A DNA stretch of 64,000 bases from Candidatus Nanopelagicales bacterium (GTDB taxonomy: Bacteria; Actinomycetota; Actinomycetes; S36-B12), in contig JAURFD010000003.1 of assembly GCA_030827125.1 (NCBI GenBank), forward strand, positions 65,607-129,606. The letters are read 5' to 3'. The first letter of the stretch is position 1. Every line of letters begins with the position of its first letter. Made by a program: the position numbers and the translations under genes. The notes beneath the pieces were generated by a model that saw only the letters and a list, made by a program, of their open reading frames with translations, ran no database searches and was not told the DNA's origin. Positions 1-9,330 of the stretch are shown one piece after another.

Positions 1-487
1 CCGCGGAGGTACCGATCTCATGGAGTCGCACCGGCAGTCCGAACGCCGCGGAGACGCGTCGCAGAACCGCGACCAACCCTTCGGTCCGTCCCACCTCGTT
101 GGTCTGGGGGAACCACGTCAGCCCGTCCGCGATCTCGTCCGCGCGCTCGGCCACCACCGCGTCGAATGCCGCAAGGCACTGCTGCTGCGCCTGCGGACTT
201 GCCGGCGGCGTCCCACCCACGCTGGCGAAATACACCGCCAACTCCGGCGCACGACGTTCGAGGACCAGGCGATGAATCGATCCTAGGAAGCGCAACGGCA
301 CCATGTCAGCGACCGGTGCCTGCGCATAAGGCCGGAGCAGTTCGGCCAGCGGACCCGGCCGATCCACCTGCTCGCGAACGTGGTCGGCGAGGAGCGCGTA
401 GGTCGGGGCATCCAAGCGGGCGCAGGATTCAGACATGTCGCCGAAGAGGGCGCCCAGCCCGGGCCGCTCCTCGCGACTCAATCCCAT
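1..487 (-). CDS. DUF2332-like hypothetical protein, N-terminal part (gene runs off the left edge)
   Basis: Hand translation of the minus strand from ATG at 485-487 gives MGLSREERPGLGALFGDMSESCARLDAPTYALLADHVREQ...PLRFLGSIHRLVLERRAPELAVYF..., open to position 1. It is absent from the ORF track because it has no stop in the window. The family assignment is from memory. Confidence 0.5.
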   Translation of the reverse strand, partial: MGLSREERPGLGALFGDMSESCARLDAPTYALLADHVREQVDRPGPLAELLRPYAQAPVADMVPLRFLGSIHRLVLERRAPELAVYFASVGGTPPASPQAQQQCLAAFDAVVAERADEIADGLTWFPQTNEVGRTEGLVAVLRRVSAAFGLPVRLHEIGTSA

Positions 488-570
488 GCGCTCACGCTAG
501 TGGCACGACCCGCCGAACACCTTCCGCGAATCCCCCACTCGCGCACTGATCCGGCGTAGCCTGCTCGTCC

Positions 571-1275
571 ATGGCCGTTGACACCGTGAATGCCGCGCCC
601 TGGCGGCGCCTCCTCTTTGCGCTGAATGCCCTGGTTGCGTGGTCCGGACTCGCGTTGTCCTTCACCCTCACCGTGCTCGGGACCTACCCCAGCCAGAACA
701 CCGACCCCACCATGCTCGGCAACCCTGATCAGGGAGCCATCGGTCGCATCCTGGACTTCTTCACCTACTTCACCATCTGGTCCAACATCATCGTGGCGAT
801 CGTCATGACGATGCTCGCGATCAATCCCACGCGCAATACCTTCTGGTTCCGTGTCGTCCGCCTCGACGCACTCCTCATGATCACGGTGACCGGAATCATC
901 TACAACGCGATCCTCGCCGCCAGCGCCAAGAACGAGGGCCTCGAGGTCATCTCGAACTTCCTCGAGCATGTCGCGACTCCCGCTCTCACCTTCGCCATCT
1001 GGCTGGTGGCCGGGCCTCGCGGCTGGATCAATTGGCGCACGATCTGGGCCGCGCTCATCATCCCCGTGGTGTGGTTGGTCTGGGCGCTCGCACGCGGTGC
1101 CGTCATCGACGCGTACCCGTACGGCTTCCTCAACGTGGCGGCGTACGGCTATCCCACGGTCCTGCTCAACGTGCTGTACATCATCATCATGGCGATCATC
1201 CTGTGCCTCATCTTCTGGGGCCTGGACTGGGTCGTTCGCAAGATGGTGCCGGAGAAGCAGACCGAAGCCGCGTAG
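571..1275 (+). CDS. Pr6Pr-family (FAR-17a/AIG1-like) integral membrane protein
   Basis: 234 aa ORF with about 6 predicted TM helices. The N-terminus (WRRLLFALNALVAWSGLALSF) and overall layout resemble Pr6Pr family proteins. Confidence 0.6.
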   Translation: MAVDTVNAAPWRRLLFALNALVAWSGLALSFTLTVLGTYPSQNTDPTMLGNPDQGAIGRILDFFTYFTIWSNIIVAIVMTMLAINPTRNTFWFRVVRLDALLMITVTGIIYNAILAASAKNEGLEVISNFLEHVATPALTFAIWLVAGPRGWINWRTIWAALIIPVVWLVWALARGAVIDAYPYGFLNVAAYGYPTVLLNVLYIIIMAIILCLIFWGLDWVVRKMVPEKQTEAA

Positions 1276-1291
1276 CAGCGGCTGGCCGTCC

Positions 1292-2497
1292 TCAGCTACG
1301 AGTCTTGTAGTCCTCAAGCAAGCGTCGAGCGATGATCATGCGCTGGATGTCCGCCGTGCCTTCGCCGATGAGCAGCATGGGGGCCTCGCGGTAGAGGCGC
1401 TCGATCTCGTACTCCTTGGAGTACCCGTAGCCGCCGTGGATCCGGAAGGAGTCCTCCACGACGTCACGGCAGTATTCGCTGGCGAGGTACTTCGCCATCC
1501 CGGACTCGAGGTCATTGCGCTCGCCGGAGTCTTTCTTGCGGGCGGCCATGACCATCATCTGGTGCGCCGCTTCAACCTTGGTGCCCATGTCCGCCAGGCG
1601 GAAGGCCACGGCCTGGTGGTCGGCGATCGGCTTGCCGAAGGTCACGCGCTGCTGGGCGTACTCGACGCCGAGTTCGAAGGCACGGTGCGCGAGGCCACAG
1701 GCACGCGCCGCGACGTTCACGCGCCCAACCTCGACGCCATCCATCATTTGGTAAAAGCCCCTACCCGTCTCACCGCCGAGCAGGTCATCGTCCGACAGGT
1801 GCAGGTTGTCCATGACCAACTCGGTCGTGTCGACGCCCTTGTAGCCCATCTTCTCGATCTTGCCGGGGATCGTGAGGCCCGGACGGACCTCGCCGAAGCC
1901 CTCCGGCTTCTCGATGAGGAAGGTCGACATCTTCTTGTAGACCGACGCTCCTTCATCCGCGTCGCCATCGGTACGCACGAGAACAGCGACGAGCGTCGAG
2001 GATCCACCATTGGTCAGCCACATCTTCTGGCCATTGAGCACCCACCCGTCCCCATCGCGAACGGCCTTGCTTGCGATCGCGGAGACATCGGAACCGCAGC
2101 CGGGCTCCGACATGGAGAAGGCGCCACGCACTTCACCGGTCGCCATGCGCGGGAGGTACTTGTCCTTCTGCTCCTGCGTGCCGTGCTGCATGAGCATGTA
2201 GGCCACGATGAAGTGGGTGTTGATCACACCGGAGACGCTCATCCAGCCGCGCGCGATCTCTTCGACCACCAGGGCGTAGGTGAGCAGGGACTCGCCGAGG
2301 CCGCCGTACTCCTCGGGGATCATCAGCCCGAAGACACCCATCTCCTTCAGACCATCAACGATGGCTTTGGGATATTCATCGGCATGCTCGAGGTCGTTGG
2401 CGACCGGGATGATCTCGTTGTCGACGAAGTCACGGACCGCCTCGAGGATCGCTTCCTGCTCCTCGGTCAGTCCTTCGGTCTGGGCCAGACGCGCCAT
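1292..2497 (-). CDS. acyl-CoA dehydrogenase
   Basis: 401 aa with full-length ACAD architecture: LTEEQ..., GxFSMSEPGCGSD, and a C-terminal YREAPMLLIGEGTADIQRMIIAR. Confidence 0.9.
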   Translation of the reverse strand: MARLAQTEGLTEEQEAILEAVRDFVDNEIIPVANDLEHADEYPKAIVDGLKEMGVFGLMIPEEYGGLGESLLTYALVVEEIARGWMSVSGVINTHFIVAYMLMQHGTQEQKDKYLPRMATGEVRGAFSMSEPGCGSDVSAIASKAVRDGDGWVLNGQKMWLTNGGSSTLVAVLVRTDGDADEGASVYKKMSTFLIEKPEGFGEVRPGLTIPGKIEKMGYKGVDTTELVMDNLHLSDDDLLGGETGRGFYQMMDGVEVGRVNVAARACGLAHRAFELGVEYAQQRVTFGKPIADHQAVAFRLADMGTKVEAAHQMMVMAARKKDSGERNDLESGMAKYLASEYCRDVVEDSFRIHGGYGYSKEYEIERLYREAPMLLIGEGTADIQRMIIARRLLEDYKTRS

Positions 2498-2526
2498 CTC
2501 AACCTCCTTGAACTACTCGCCTGATG

Positions 2527-3162
2527 CTAACGGACGTTAACTCGCCATAGCCCGGCGCCGGGGTTGACCAGGGCGATGGCGGCGACGAATGGCACCGCGA
2601 TGAGCGGCAACGCCTCAATGAGCGGCAGGCCGAGCAGGGCCGCCCCGAGGAGCTGGAGAGCGACGACCGAACCCCAGCTGACGGACCGGGTGACGATGAC
2701 ATGGCCGTGATCGGGCCGGGCGAGGACCGCCTTGGAGACAGCCACGCTCACCGCGGTGGCCGCGACGGCGACCAGCGCGATGCCCCACGGTTGGCCGCTC
2801 AGGGGCACCGCCCCGAGGGCCACCACGAGCAGCAGCGAGGTCACCAGTGCCGACCACCAACTCGGCCGCCGGAGCACCTGCGACCAGGGCCGTCTCGGGC
2901 GCGGAGTCGGAGTGTCTGACTCCTGGGCGACCGCCGGGTCCATCGGGACCGGTTCCAACAGCAGGGCCCGCGCCGCGCACAGACGGTCGAAGGCTTCCGG
3001 TGATCCGCCCTGATCGGGGTGGGTGACCGCTGCCCAGAGTCGGAAGGCACGGCGGACCGCCGCCGGCTCGGCATCCACCGAGACGCCGAGGAGTCGTGCG
3101 GCATCGGCTCGGCGCATTGGCCAAGCCGCCCTCGCCGAGCTCAACCGCTCTTCACCGGCCAT
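2527..3162 (-). CDS. J-domain (DnaJ-like) membrane protein
   Basis: The N-terminal J-domain has an HPD motif (AAVTHPDQGGSPEAFDRL). It is followed by a Pro-rich linker and about 4 hydrophobic helices. Confidence 0.7.
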   Translation of the reverse strand: MAGEERLSSARAAWPMRRADAARLLGVSVDAEPAAVRRAFRLWAAVTHPDQGGSPEAFDRLCAARALLLEPVPMDPAVAQESDTPTPRPRRPWSQVLRRPSWWSALVTSLLLVVALGAVPLSGQPWGIALVAVAATAVSVAVSKAVLARPDHGHVIVTRSVSWGSVVALQLLGAALLGLPLIEALPLIAVPFVAAIALVNPGAGLWRVNVR

Positions 3163-3269
3163 GCGTGCACGATACTGACCGATTGAGCCAGCGGCATCCG
3201 GTCAACTCTCAGCAGATCGTCAGCGCCAGCGGCGCTATCTCAGTGGAAGAACGCTGACAACCGCCGTGA

Positions 3270-4262
3270 CTAGCCCTCGGGCGGGGTGAAGGTCTGCGTC
3301 CGGGCCATCCCCGCCGCGCGACCCTTGGCGGCGATGACGACGGCCATCTTGCGCGATGCCTCATCGATCATCTCGTCGCCGAGCATGACCGCACCCTTGG
3401 CCCCACCCGCCGCCGAGGTGTAGTACTCGTAGGCATCGAGGATCAACTCGGCGTGGTCGTAGTCATCCTGCCGCGGGCTGTAGACCTCATTGGCCGCCTC
3501 GACCTGACCGGGGTGCAGCACCCACTTGCCGTCGAAGCCGAGTGCGGCGCTTCGACCGGCCACGCGCTTGTAACCCTCGACGTCCTTGATCTGCAGGTAC
3601 GGGCCATCGATGGCTTGCTTGTCGTACGCGCGGGCCGCCATGAGGATGCGCATCAGGATGTAGTGGTAGGCGTCTCCCACGTCGTAGCCGGGCGGCTGCT
3701 CACCGACCACGAGCGACTTCATGTTGATGCTCGCCATGAAGTCTGCGGGGCCGAAGATGATCGTCTCTACGCGCGGAGAGGCCGCCGCAATGGCATCAAC
3801 GTTCGTCAGTCCCATCGCGTTTTCGATCTGGGCCTCGATCCCGATGCGACCAATCTCCAGACCGTGGGACTTCTCCAATTGCGTCAGCAGGAGGTCCAGG
3901 GCAACGATCTGATCGGCGGTCTGCACCTTGGGCAGCATGATGCAGTCGAGGTTCGCCCCGGCACCCCCCACGACCTCAACGACGTCGGCGTAGGTCCACT
4001 GGGTAGTCCAGTCGTTGACCCGGACCGCGCGGACCTTGCCGTCGTACCCGCCCTCATTAAGTGCGGCAACGATGTTCCTGCGGGCCTCCGGCTTGGCCAG
4101 CGGTGCGACGGCGTCCTCGATGTCCATGAAGACCTGATCGGCTGGCAGACCACGGGCCTTGTCCAACATCTTGGGGCTGGAGCCGGGGACGGCGAGATTC
4201 GAACGGCGGGCGCGCAGTGGTCGGGACACCGGCATGGCGCCCCCGGAGGTCATCGACGACAT
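3270..4262 (-). CDS. citE: HpcH/HpaI aldolase / citrate-lyase beta subunit-like (CitE, acyl-CoA lyase) protein
   Basis: The protein has CitE-like sequence (RSNLAVPGSSPKMLDKA..., DIEDAVAP, GFDGKWVLHPGQV). The start could instead be the internal Met at 4235. Confidence 0.85.
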   Translation of the reverse strand: MSSMTSGGAMPVSRPLRARRSNLAVPGSSPKMLDKARGLPADQVFMDIEDAVAPLAKPEARRNIVAALNEGGYDGKVRAVRVNDWTTQWTYADVVEVVGGAGANLDCIMLPKVQTADQIVALDLLLTQLEKSHGLEIGRIGIEAQIENAMGLTNVDAIAAASPRVETIIFGPADFMASINMKSLVVGEQPPGYDVGDAYHYILMRILMAARAYDKQAIDGPYLQIKDVEGYKRVAGRSAALGFDGKWVLHPGQVEAANEVYSPRQDDYDHAELILDAYEYYTSAAGGAKGAVMLGDEMIDEASRKMAVVIAAKGRAAGMARTQTFTPPEG

Positions 4263-4351
4263 GCGCCGACCCTACTCGCCACGGTGAACGATCGCTTGTG
4301 GCCCATGGCGGAGGCACTCGGTGGAGGGAATCGCGAGTACCCTTGGGCCAC

Positions 4352-5602
4352 GTGACCACTCCCACCCGCGTCTTCGTCGCCCGACTGGCGCGCGCTGAGG
4401 TCTTCGACCCGCGTGCGGACCAGGTCGGTCGGGTGCGCGATGTCGTCGTGGCGCTGCGAACCGACTCCCAGCCACCGCGCGTAGTCGGGCTCGTCGTCGA
4501 GGTCGTGGGTCGGCGCCGGATCTTCGTGCCGATGACCCGCGTGACGGCCATCGACAGCGGCCAGGTCGTGGTGAGTGGGGTCGTCAACCTTCGCCGCTTC
4601 GAGCAGCGCCCCATGGAGACTCTGGCTCTCGGTGAACTCCTCGATCGCCGCGTCACCCTCATTGACCCGTCACGTTCGGCCGACCCCAAGACGGTGACCA
4701 TCGTCGACCTCGGGATCGAGCAGCGCCCAAGCCGAGACTGGTACATCACACAGCTCTTCATCCGCGAGGGCGGTGGCCTGCGACGCAAGGGCCAGACCCG
4801 CATCGTGGACTGGGCAGCGGCCGATGGCTTAACCCTGCCGCAGGAGCAGGGCGCCGAGCACTTCCTCGCCACGATCGACGACATGCGCGCCCCGGACCTG
4901 GCGAACACGCTGCAGGACATGTCGGCCAAGCGGCGCCTGGAAGTCGTCCAGGCACTGGAAGACGATCGTCTCGCCGACGTGCTGGAAGAGTTGCCCGAGG
5001 AGGACCAACTCGAGATTGTCCAGGCGCTCGAGGCGGAGCGTGCCGCCGACGTCCTGGAAGAGATGGACCCTGATGACGCCGCCGACCTGATCTCGGAGCT
5101 GCCCCCCGAGCAGGCGGCTGACCTGCTTGAGCGCATGGAGCCGGATGAAGCCGAGGACATCCGACGCCTGCTGGTCTACGGCGATTACACCGCCGGCGGC
5201 ATGATGACGACCGAACCGATCGTCCTCGCACCGGATGCGACGGTCGCTGAAGCCTTGGCCCGGGTGCGTTCCCCCGAGCTGTCCCCGTCCCTGGCCGCAC
5301 AGGTCTATGTGACGCGGCCGCCCACTGACACCCCGACGGGTCGCTACCTCGGGACCTGCCACCTGCAGCGCCTGCTGCGTGAACCGCCATCGGCACTGGT
5401 CTCGGGCATCGTCGACACCGTGCTGGAGCCGATCGGACCGGAGACGGACGTGCCGACCGTGGCGCGCTACTTCGCGACGTACAACCTCGTTGCCCTTCCC
5501 GTCGTGGACGAGAACGATCACCTCCTCGGTGCCGTCACCGTCGATGACCTCATCGATCACATGCTGCCGAAGAACTGGCGTGACACCACGGAGGCGTCGT
5601 GA
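4352..5602 (+). CDS. soluble MgtE-N-terminal-domain / CBS-pair protein with a PRC-barrel-like N-terminus
   Basis: Acidic MgtE_N repeats are present (LEELPEEDQLEIVQALEAERAADVLEEMDPDDAADLISELPPEQAADLLERM), followed by a CBS pair. There is no MgtE TM domain. The GTG at 4352 was chosen because the upstream part of ORF 4217 overlaps citE. Confidence 0.8.
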   Translation: MTTPTRVFVARLARAEVFDPRADQVGRVRDVVVALRTDSQPPRVVGLVVEVVGRRRIFVPMTRVTAIDSGQVVVSGVVNLRRFEQRPMETLALGELLDRRVTLIDPSRSADPKTVTIVDLGIEQRPSRDWYITQLFIREGGGLRRKGQTRIVDWAAADGLTLPQEQGAEHFLATIDDMRAPDLANTLQDMSAKRRLEVVQALEDDRLADVLEELPEEDQLEIVQALEAERAADVLEEMDPDDAADLISELPPEQAADLLERMEPDEAEDIRRLLVYGDYTAGGMMTTEPIVLAPDATVAEALARVRSPELSPSLAAQVYVTRPPTDTPTGRYLGTCHLQRLLREPPSALVSGIVDTVLEPIGPETDVPTVARYFATYNLVALPVVDENDHLLGAVTVDDLIDHMLPKNWRDTTEAS

Positions 5603-6135
5603 AAACCCCGCGTCGCCGACGCGGCGAACTGCGGATGGATCAGCCGCTGGAGCGGGGGCGTCTGCGCGGTCCCTCCTATGACCCCGAGCAGTGGGGGCGG
5701 CTGAGCGAGCGCATCGCCCGCTTCATCGGCTCCTGGCGGTTCATCGCGTGGATGACCGTGGTCATCGTCGCCTGGCTGGCGTGGAACATCTTCGCTCCCG
5801 ACGATCTCAAGCCCGATCCCTATCCCTTCATCTTCCTGACCCTGCTGCTGTCCCTCCAGGCCTCGTACGCCGCCCCCCTGATCTTGCTCGCCCAGAACCG
5901 GCAGTCGGACCGGGATCGCGTGCAGTACCTAGAGGATCTCGCCACGACCGAGCGGCTGGTCTCCGACACCGAGTACCTCGCTCGTGAGATCGCGTCACTG
6001 CGCATGGCTCTCGGTGAGATGGCCACCCGCGACTATCTGCGCAATGAATTGCGGGACCTCTTCGACGAGCTCGGCGAGCGCCTCACGGAGCAGGAATCGC
6101 CCCAGGACGAGGACGGCCCTAGCATCGGGGTATGA
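5599..6135 (+). CDS. DUF1003 membrane protein
   Basis: 178 aa with two TM helices plus the conserved LLSLQASYAAPLILLAQNRQ motif. Its start overlaps the upstream stop (GTGA), which implies translational coupling. Confidence 0.75.
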   Translation: MKTPRRRRGELRMDQPLERGRLRGPSYDPEQWGRLSERIARFIGSWRFIAWMTVVIVAWLAWNIFAPDDLKPDPYPFIFLTLLLSLQASYAAPLILLAQNRQSDRDRVQYLEDLATTERLVSDTEYLAREIASLRMALGEMATRDYLRNELRDLFDELGERLTEQESPQDEDGPSIGV

Positions 6136-7271
6136 CCACCATCGATCGCGCCCTCGTCGACGCTGCCCTGGCACGGGTCGAGGACCCCGAAATCCATCGA
6201 CCCATTACCGATCTCGGCATGGTGAAGTCCGTCGACATCGACGGCGATCGGGTGAAGGTGGCGATCTACCTCACGGTGTCCGGCTGCCCGATGCGCGACA
6301 CCATCACCCAGCGCGTAACGCTGTCGGTGGGTTCGGTGCCCGGTGTTCGCCATGTCGACGTCGAACTCGATGTCATGAACGACGATCAGCGGGCGAATCT
6401 GCGCCGGACTCTGCGCGGCGACCAGGAGGAGCGCTCGATCCCCTTCGCAGACCCCACCTCGCGCACCCACGTCTACGCCATCACCTCGGGCAAGGGTGGT
6501 GTCGGCAAGTCGTCGGTCACCGTCAACCTCGGTGTGGCCATGGCGGCCCAGGGCTTCCGCGTCGGCATCGTCGACGCCGACATCTACGGCCATTCCGTAC
6601 CCGGGCTGCTTGGACTTACTACGGCGCCGCACATGGTCGAGGGCATGATCATGCCGCCGGAGGCCTACGGTGTGAGCGCCATTTCGATGCTGCCCTTCAA
6701 GCCCGGCGGGAGCGCCGAACCGGTCGCCTTCCGCGGCCCGATGCTTCATCGTGCGCTGCAGCAGTTCCTCTCCGATGTGTGGTGGGGCGATCTGGACGTC
6801 CTGCTGCTTGACCTGCCCCCCGGCACCGGTGACATCGCCATCTCAACCGCCCAACTGCTGCCCGGATCGCAGGTCATCATCGTGACGACTCCGCAGACGG
6901 CAGCCGCGGAGGTCGCCGTACGTGCGGGGATGCTCGCGGGGCAAACCCACCAGAAGGTGGTGGGTGTCATCGAGAACATGAGCGGGTTCCCCTGCCCGCA
7001 CTGTGGCGAGCCGATTGACCTGTTCGGTATCGGCGGCGGGACCGCCGTAGCGGAGCAGCTGTCCGCCGGACTGAGCACCACGGTGCCACTCCTTGGTCGC
7101 GTGCCCTTCGACGTACGACTGCGCGAGGGCGGTGACAGCGGCTCACCGCTGGTCCTCAGCGATCCGATGGCTCCCGCCGCGGCAAGTCTGATCGAGATCG
7201 CCGGGCAGTTGGCTCGCACGCCTCGCGGACTGGCCGGTCAGTCCCTCAACATCTCCCCCGCGGGTCGCTAG
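6132..7271 (+). CDS. mrp: Mrp/ApbC/NBP35-family Fe-S cluster carrier ATPase
   Basis: It has an N-terminal DUF59-like domain, a deviant Walker A (SGKGGVGKSS) and the CPHCG motif. Its start shows an ATGA overlap with the upstream gene. Confidence 0.9.
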   Translation: MTTIDRALVDAALARVEDPEIHRPITDLGMVKSVDIDGDRVKVAIYLTVSGCPMRDTITQRVTLSVGSVPGVRHVDVELDVMNDDQRANLRRTLRGDQEERSIPFADPTSRTHVYAITSGKGGVGKSSVTVNLGVAMAAQGFRVGIVDADIYGHSVPGLLGLTTAPHMVEGMIMPPEAYGVSAISMLPFKPGGSAEPVAFRGPMLHRALQQFLSDVWWGDLDVLLLDLPPGTGDIAISTAQLLPGSQVIIVTTPQTAAAEVAVRAGMLAGQTHQKVVGVIENMSGFPCPHCGEPIDLFGIGGGTAVAEQLSAGLSTTVPLLGRVPFDVRLREGGDSGSPLVLSDPMAPAAASLIEIAGQLARTPRGLAGQSLNISPAGR

Positions 7272-7301
7272 AGCGGATCCGCGTTTGCTCGGGGCGCAGT
7301 C

Positions 7302-7649
7302 CTAGGTTGCGTCGGGATCGAAGCGTGCCGGTTGTGCTTCGGCTTCGGGGGCGGACCCCGGCGTCTTCTTGCGGGGGGCGGCATCCACCTCATCGTCGTC
7401 ACCCTCAAGGAACGACTTCGCCAGCCGCTTGGGGTGCAGGTCCCGCAACTCATTGAGGGCGTCCTGGGCGTCCGACAGATCCACTCCGGCCGAGTCCGCG
7501 AGATCCTTGCGGGCGTTGCCCGCCATCGCCTTGACGTTGCGCAGGGTGCGAGCGGCGTCGGCCGCGGCGCGGGGCAGCCGTTCGGGGCCAAAAATGAGCA
7601 GCCCGATCACGGCCAGGATCATGATCTCGCCGAGGCCGATGTCGAACAC
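7302..7649 (-). CDS. tatB: Sec-independent protein translocase subunit, TatA/B family (TatB-like)
   Basis: The N-terminus MFDIGLGEIMILAVIGLLIFGPERLP is the Tat TM-plus-amphipathic-helix signature. The location next to mrp matches other actinobacteria. Confidence 0.75.
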   Translation of the reverse strand: MFDIGLGEIMILAVIGLLIFGPERLPRAAADAARTLRNVKAMAGNARKDLADSAGVDLSDAQDALNELRDLHPKRLAKSFLEGDDDEVDAAPRKKTPGSAPEAEAQPARFDPDAT

Positions 7650-7707
7650 CCCGTCAGGGTACGCCGATCTGGCCGATCAGGGGCGGCCCGGGACTAGGCT
7701 GCCCCCT

Positions 7708-8364
7708 GTGACCGATGACGCGCTGCTCCCCCCGAGCCCCCTGACCTGGGCCTACGTCGATGGCTGGGCCGAGGAGGAGCCCGAACTCGCTGAGGCCCGC
7801 GCCGTCGCCCAGCGACTCGGGGTACCCGTCGTGAGCCGGGCGACCGGTTCCGCGCTGCGCTTCCTCGCGGCCGCATCCGGCGCTCAGACCATCGCCGAGG
7901 TGGGTTCGGGCGTTGGCATCTCGGGAGCCTGGCTACTCCAGGGCATGGGGGCCACAGGCATCTTGACGACCGTCGACGCCGATGCGGAGTTGCTCACCAC
8001 CACCCGGGACACACTGTCGCGAATCGGCTACCGCCACACGCGCGTGCGCGCCATTGCCGGAGATCCGTACGCCGTCCTCCCCCGGCTCAGCGACGCGGGA
8101 TATGACGCGGTCGTCATTGGTCCGGGAGTACCCCTGACTCGCGGTGAGGAGCACGATCTGCTGCGTGAAGCCCGACGGCTGCTGCGCCCGGGCGGCATGT
8201 TCATCGTCACCCACGCCCTCGGCGAGGACGGTGCCGATGCCGACCACCGAGACCTCGCCATGCACCTGCGGGACGATCCGGATTGGATCCCGGCCCTGCT
8301 CACGGTAGGCGAGGGCATCCTCGTCGCGGTGCTCGCGGCCGCGCCCACCGAGGACAGCAAATAG
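7708..8364 (+). CDS. class I SAM-dependent O-methyltransferase
   Basis: SAM-binding motif I is present (IAEVGSGVGISGAWLL). The GTG at 7708 was chosen because the upstream part of ORF 7369 is antisense to tatB. Confidence 0.8.
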   Translation: MTDDALLPPSPLTWAYVDGWAEEEPELAEARAVAQRLGVPVVSRATGSALRFLAAASGAQTIAEVGSGVGISGAWLLQGMGATGILTTVDADAELLTTTRDTLSRIGYRHTRVRAIAGDPYAVLPRLSDAGYDAVVIGPGVPLTRGEEHDLLREARRLLRPGGMFIVTHALGEDGADADHRDLAMHLRDDPDWIPALLTVGEGILVAVLAAAPTEDSK

Positions 8365-8383
8365 GCCCAGTGAGCAGATCCCG

Positions 8384-8445
8384 CGTTTCCCGACCGACGT
8401 TGGGGTGCTGAACGCCGCGACGCCCCAAATAGCGGGCGGGAAACG
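8384..8445. other. nested stem-loop element in a convergent intergenic region
   Basis: The outer stem is a 9-bp pairing of CGTTTCCCG (8384-8392) with CGGGAAACG (8437-8445). It encloses an 8-bp inner stem pairing 8400-8407 with 8421-8428. Confidence 0.4.
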
Positions 8446-8472
8446 AGACTGAATGTTCCCCCGGGCATGCGG

Positions 8473-8503
8473 AAGGCCCCGTCCCTGTCAGGGACGGGGC
8501 CTT
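8473..8503. terminator. bidirectional hairpin terminator between convergent genes
   Basis: A perfect 13-bp stem pairs AAGGCCCCGTCCC with GGGACGGGGCCTT around a 5-nt loop. It lies between the methyltransferase stop (8364) and the DUF3117 stop (8512). Confidence 0.7.
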
Positions 8504-8511
8504 TCACGTGG

Positions 8512-8679
8512 TCAGCTAATGGCGCCGTGCAAAGCGTCGCCGAGTTCCTTGACCTCGGTGGCATTGAGTTCGACCACCAGGCGGCCACCACCTTCCAGGG
8601 GCACTCTCATGACGTAGCCGCGACCCTCCTTGGTGACCTCCATAGGACCGTCACCGGTCCGTGGCTTCATCGCAGCCAT
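8512..8679 (-). CDS. DUF3117 small conserved actinobacterial protein
   Basis: The sequence MAAMKPRTGDGPMEVTKEGRGYVMRVPLEGGGRLVVELNATEVKELGDAL matches the DUF3117 family from memory. The internal ATG at 8679 is the preferred start. Confidence 0.8.
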   Translation of the reverse strand: MAAMKPRTGDGPMEVTKEGRGYVMRVPLEGGGRLVVELNATEVKELGDALHGAIS

Positions 8680-8739
8680 GGTCTCCCCTTCCGTGGGCAA
8701 AACGAGGCTCCATTATCGCCTACGAGGGCGGATGAAGGC

Positions 8740-9330
8740 TCACCGGGTGCGTTCGCGCACGTGGCAACCGGCCAGATGGTCATTGACCACACCGATGGCC
8801 TGCAGTGCGGCGTACGCCGTCGTCGGACCGAGGAAGCGCCAGCCACGACGCTTGAGATCCCGCGATAAGGCGGTCGACTCGGCAGACGAACTCGGCAAGT
8901 CCACCAGTGTCTGCGGCGGACGCGCCGCGGGCGCCGCGGACGCCCACACGCGTGCGTCGAGGACTCCCTCGCCTTCTACACGCTGCCAATCGGTCAGGAC
9001 CTGCGCGTTGGCAATCACCGCCTCGATCTTGCCGCGGTGTCGGACGATGCCGGTGTCGGCGAGCAGTCGCTGGATGTCCGCTTCGTCGTACTGAGCCACG
9101 ACCGAGGAATCGAAGTCCGCGAAGGCCGCTCGGAAGTTGTCGCGCTTGCGCAGGATGGTCAGCCAGGAAAGTCCCGACTGGAAGCCTTCGAGGCTCAGCC
9201 GCTCGAAGATTGGCCGATCACCGCGGATGGGCCTGCCCCATTCGTCGTCGTGGTAGCGACGCATGTCGGCCGGGGCGTCACCCCACGGACACCGGGCCAA
9301 TCCGTCATCACCAACGATGGCGCCGCTCAC
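8740..9330 (-). CDS. tag: DNA-3-methyladenine glycosylase I
   Basis: Tag family features are present (CPWG...YHDDEWG, LEGFQSGLSWLTILRKR, HLAGCH). Confidence 0.9.
   Translation of the reverse strand: MSGAIVGDDGLARCPWGDAPADMRRYHDDEWGRPIRGDRPIFERLSLEGFQSGLSWLTILRKRDNFRAAFADFDSSVVAQYDEADIQRLLADTGIVRHRGKIEAVIANAQVLTDWQRVEGEGVLDARVWASAAPAARPPQTLVDLPSSSAESTALSRDLKRRGWRFLGPTTAYAALQAIGVVNDHLAGCHVRERTR

Noticed and set aside
968-2524. Very long ORFs antisense to, or out of frame with, recognisable genes. Examples are 968..2524(+), 4057..5160(-), 16106..17488(+), 20947..22134(+), 28429..29571(+), 31721..32791(+), 46514..47773(+), 55266..57446(+) and 60273..61637(+).
   Set aside because: They are typical high-GC shadow frames. 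Their products are Arg/Ala/Gly/Pro-rich low-complexity sequence. Each is fully covered by an opposite-strand or other-frame gene with clear family motifs.
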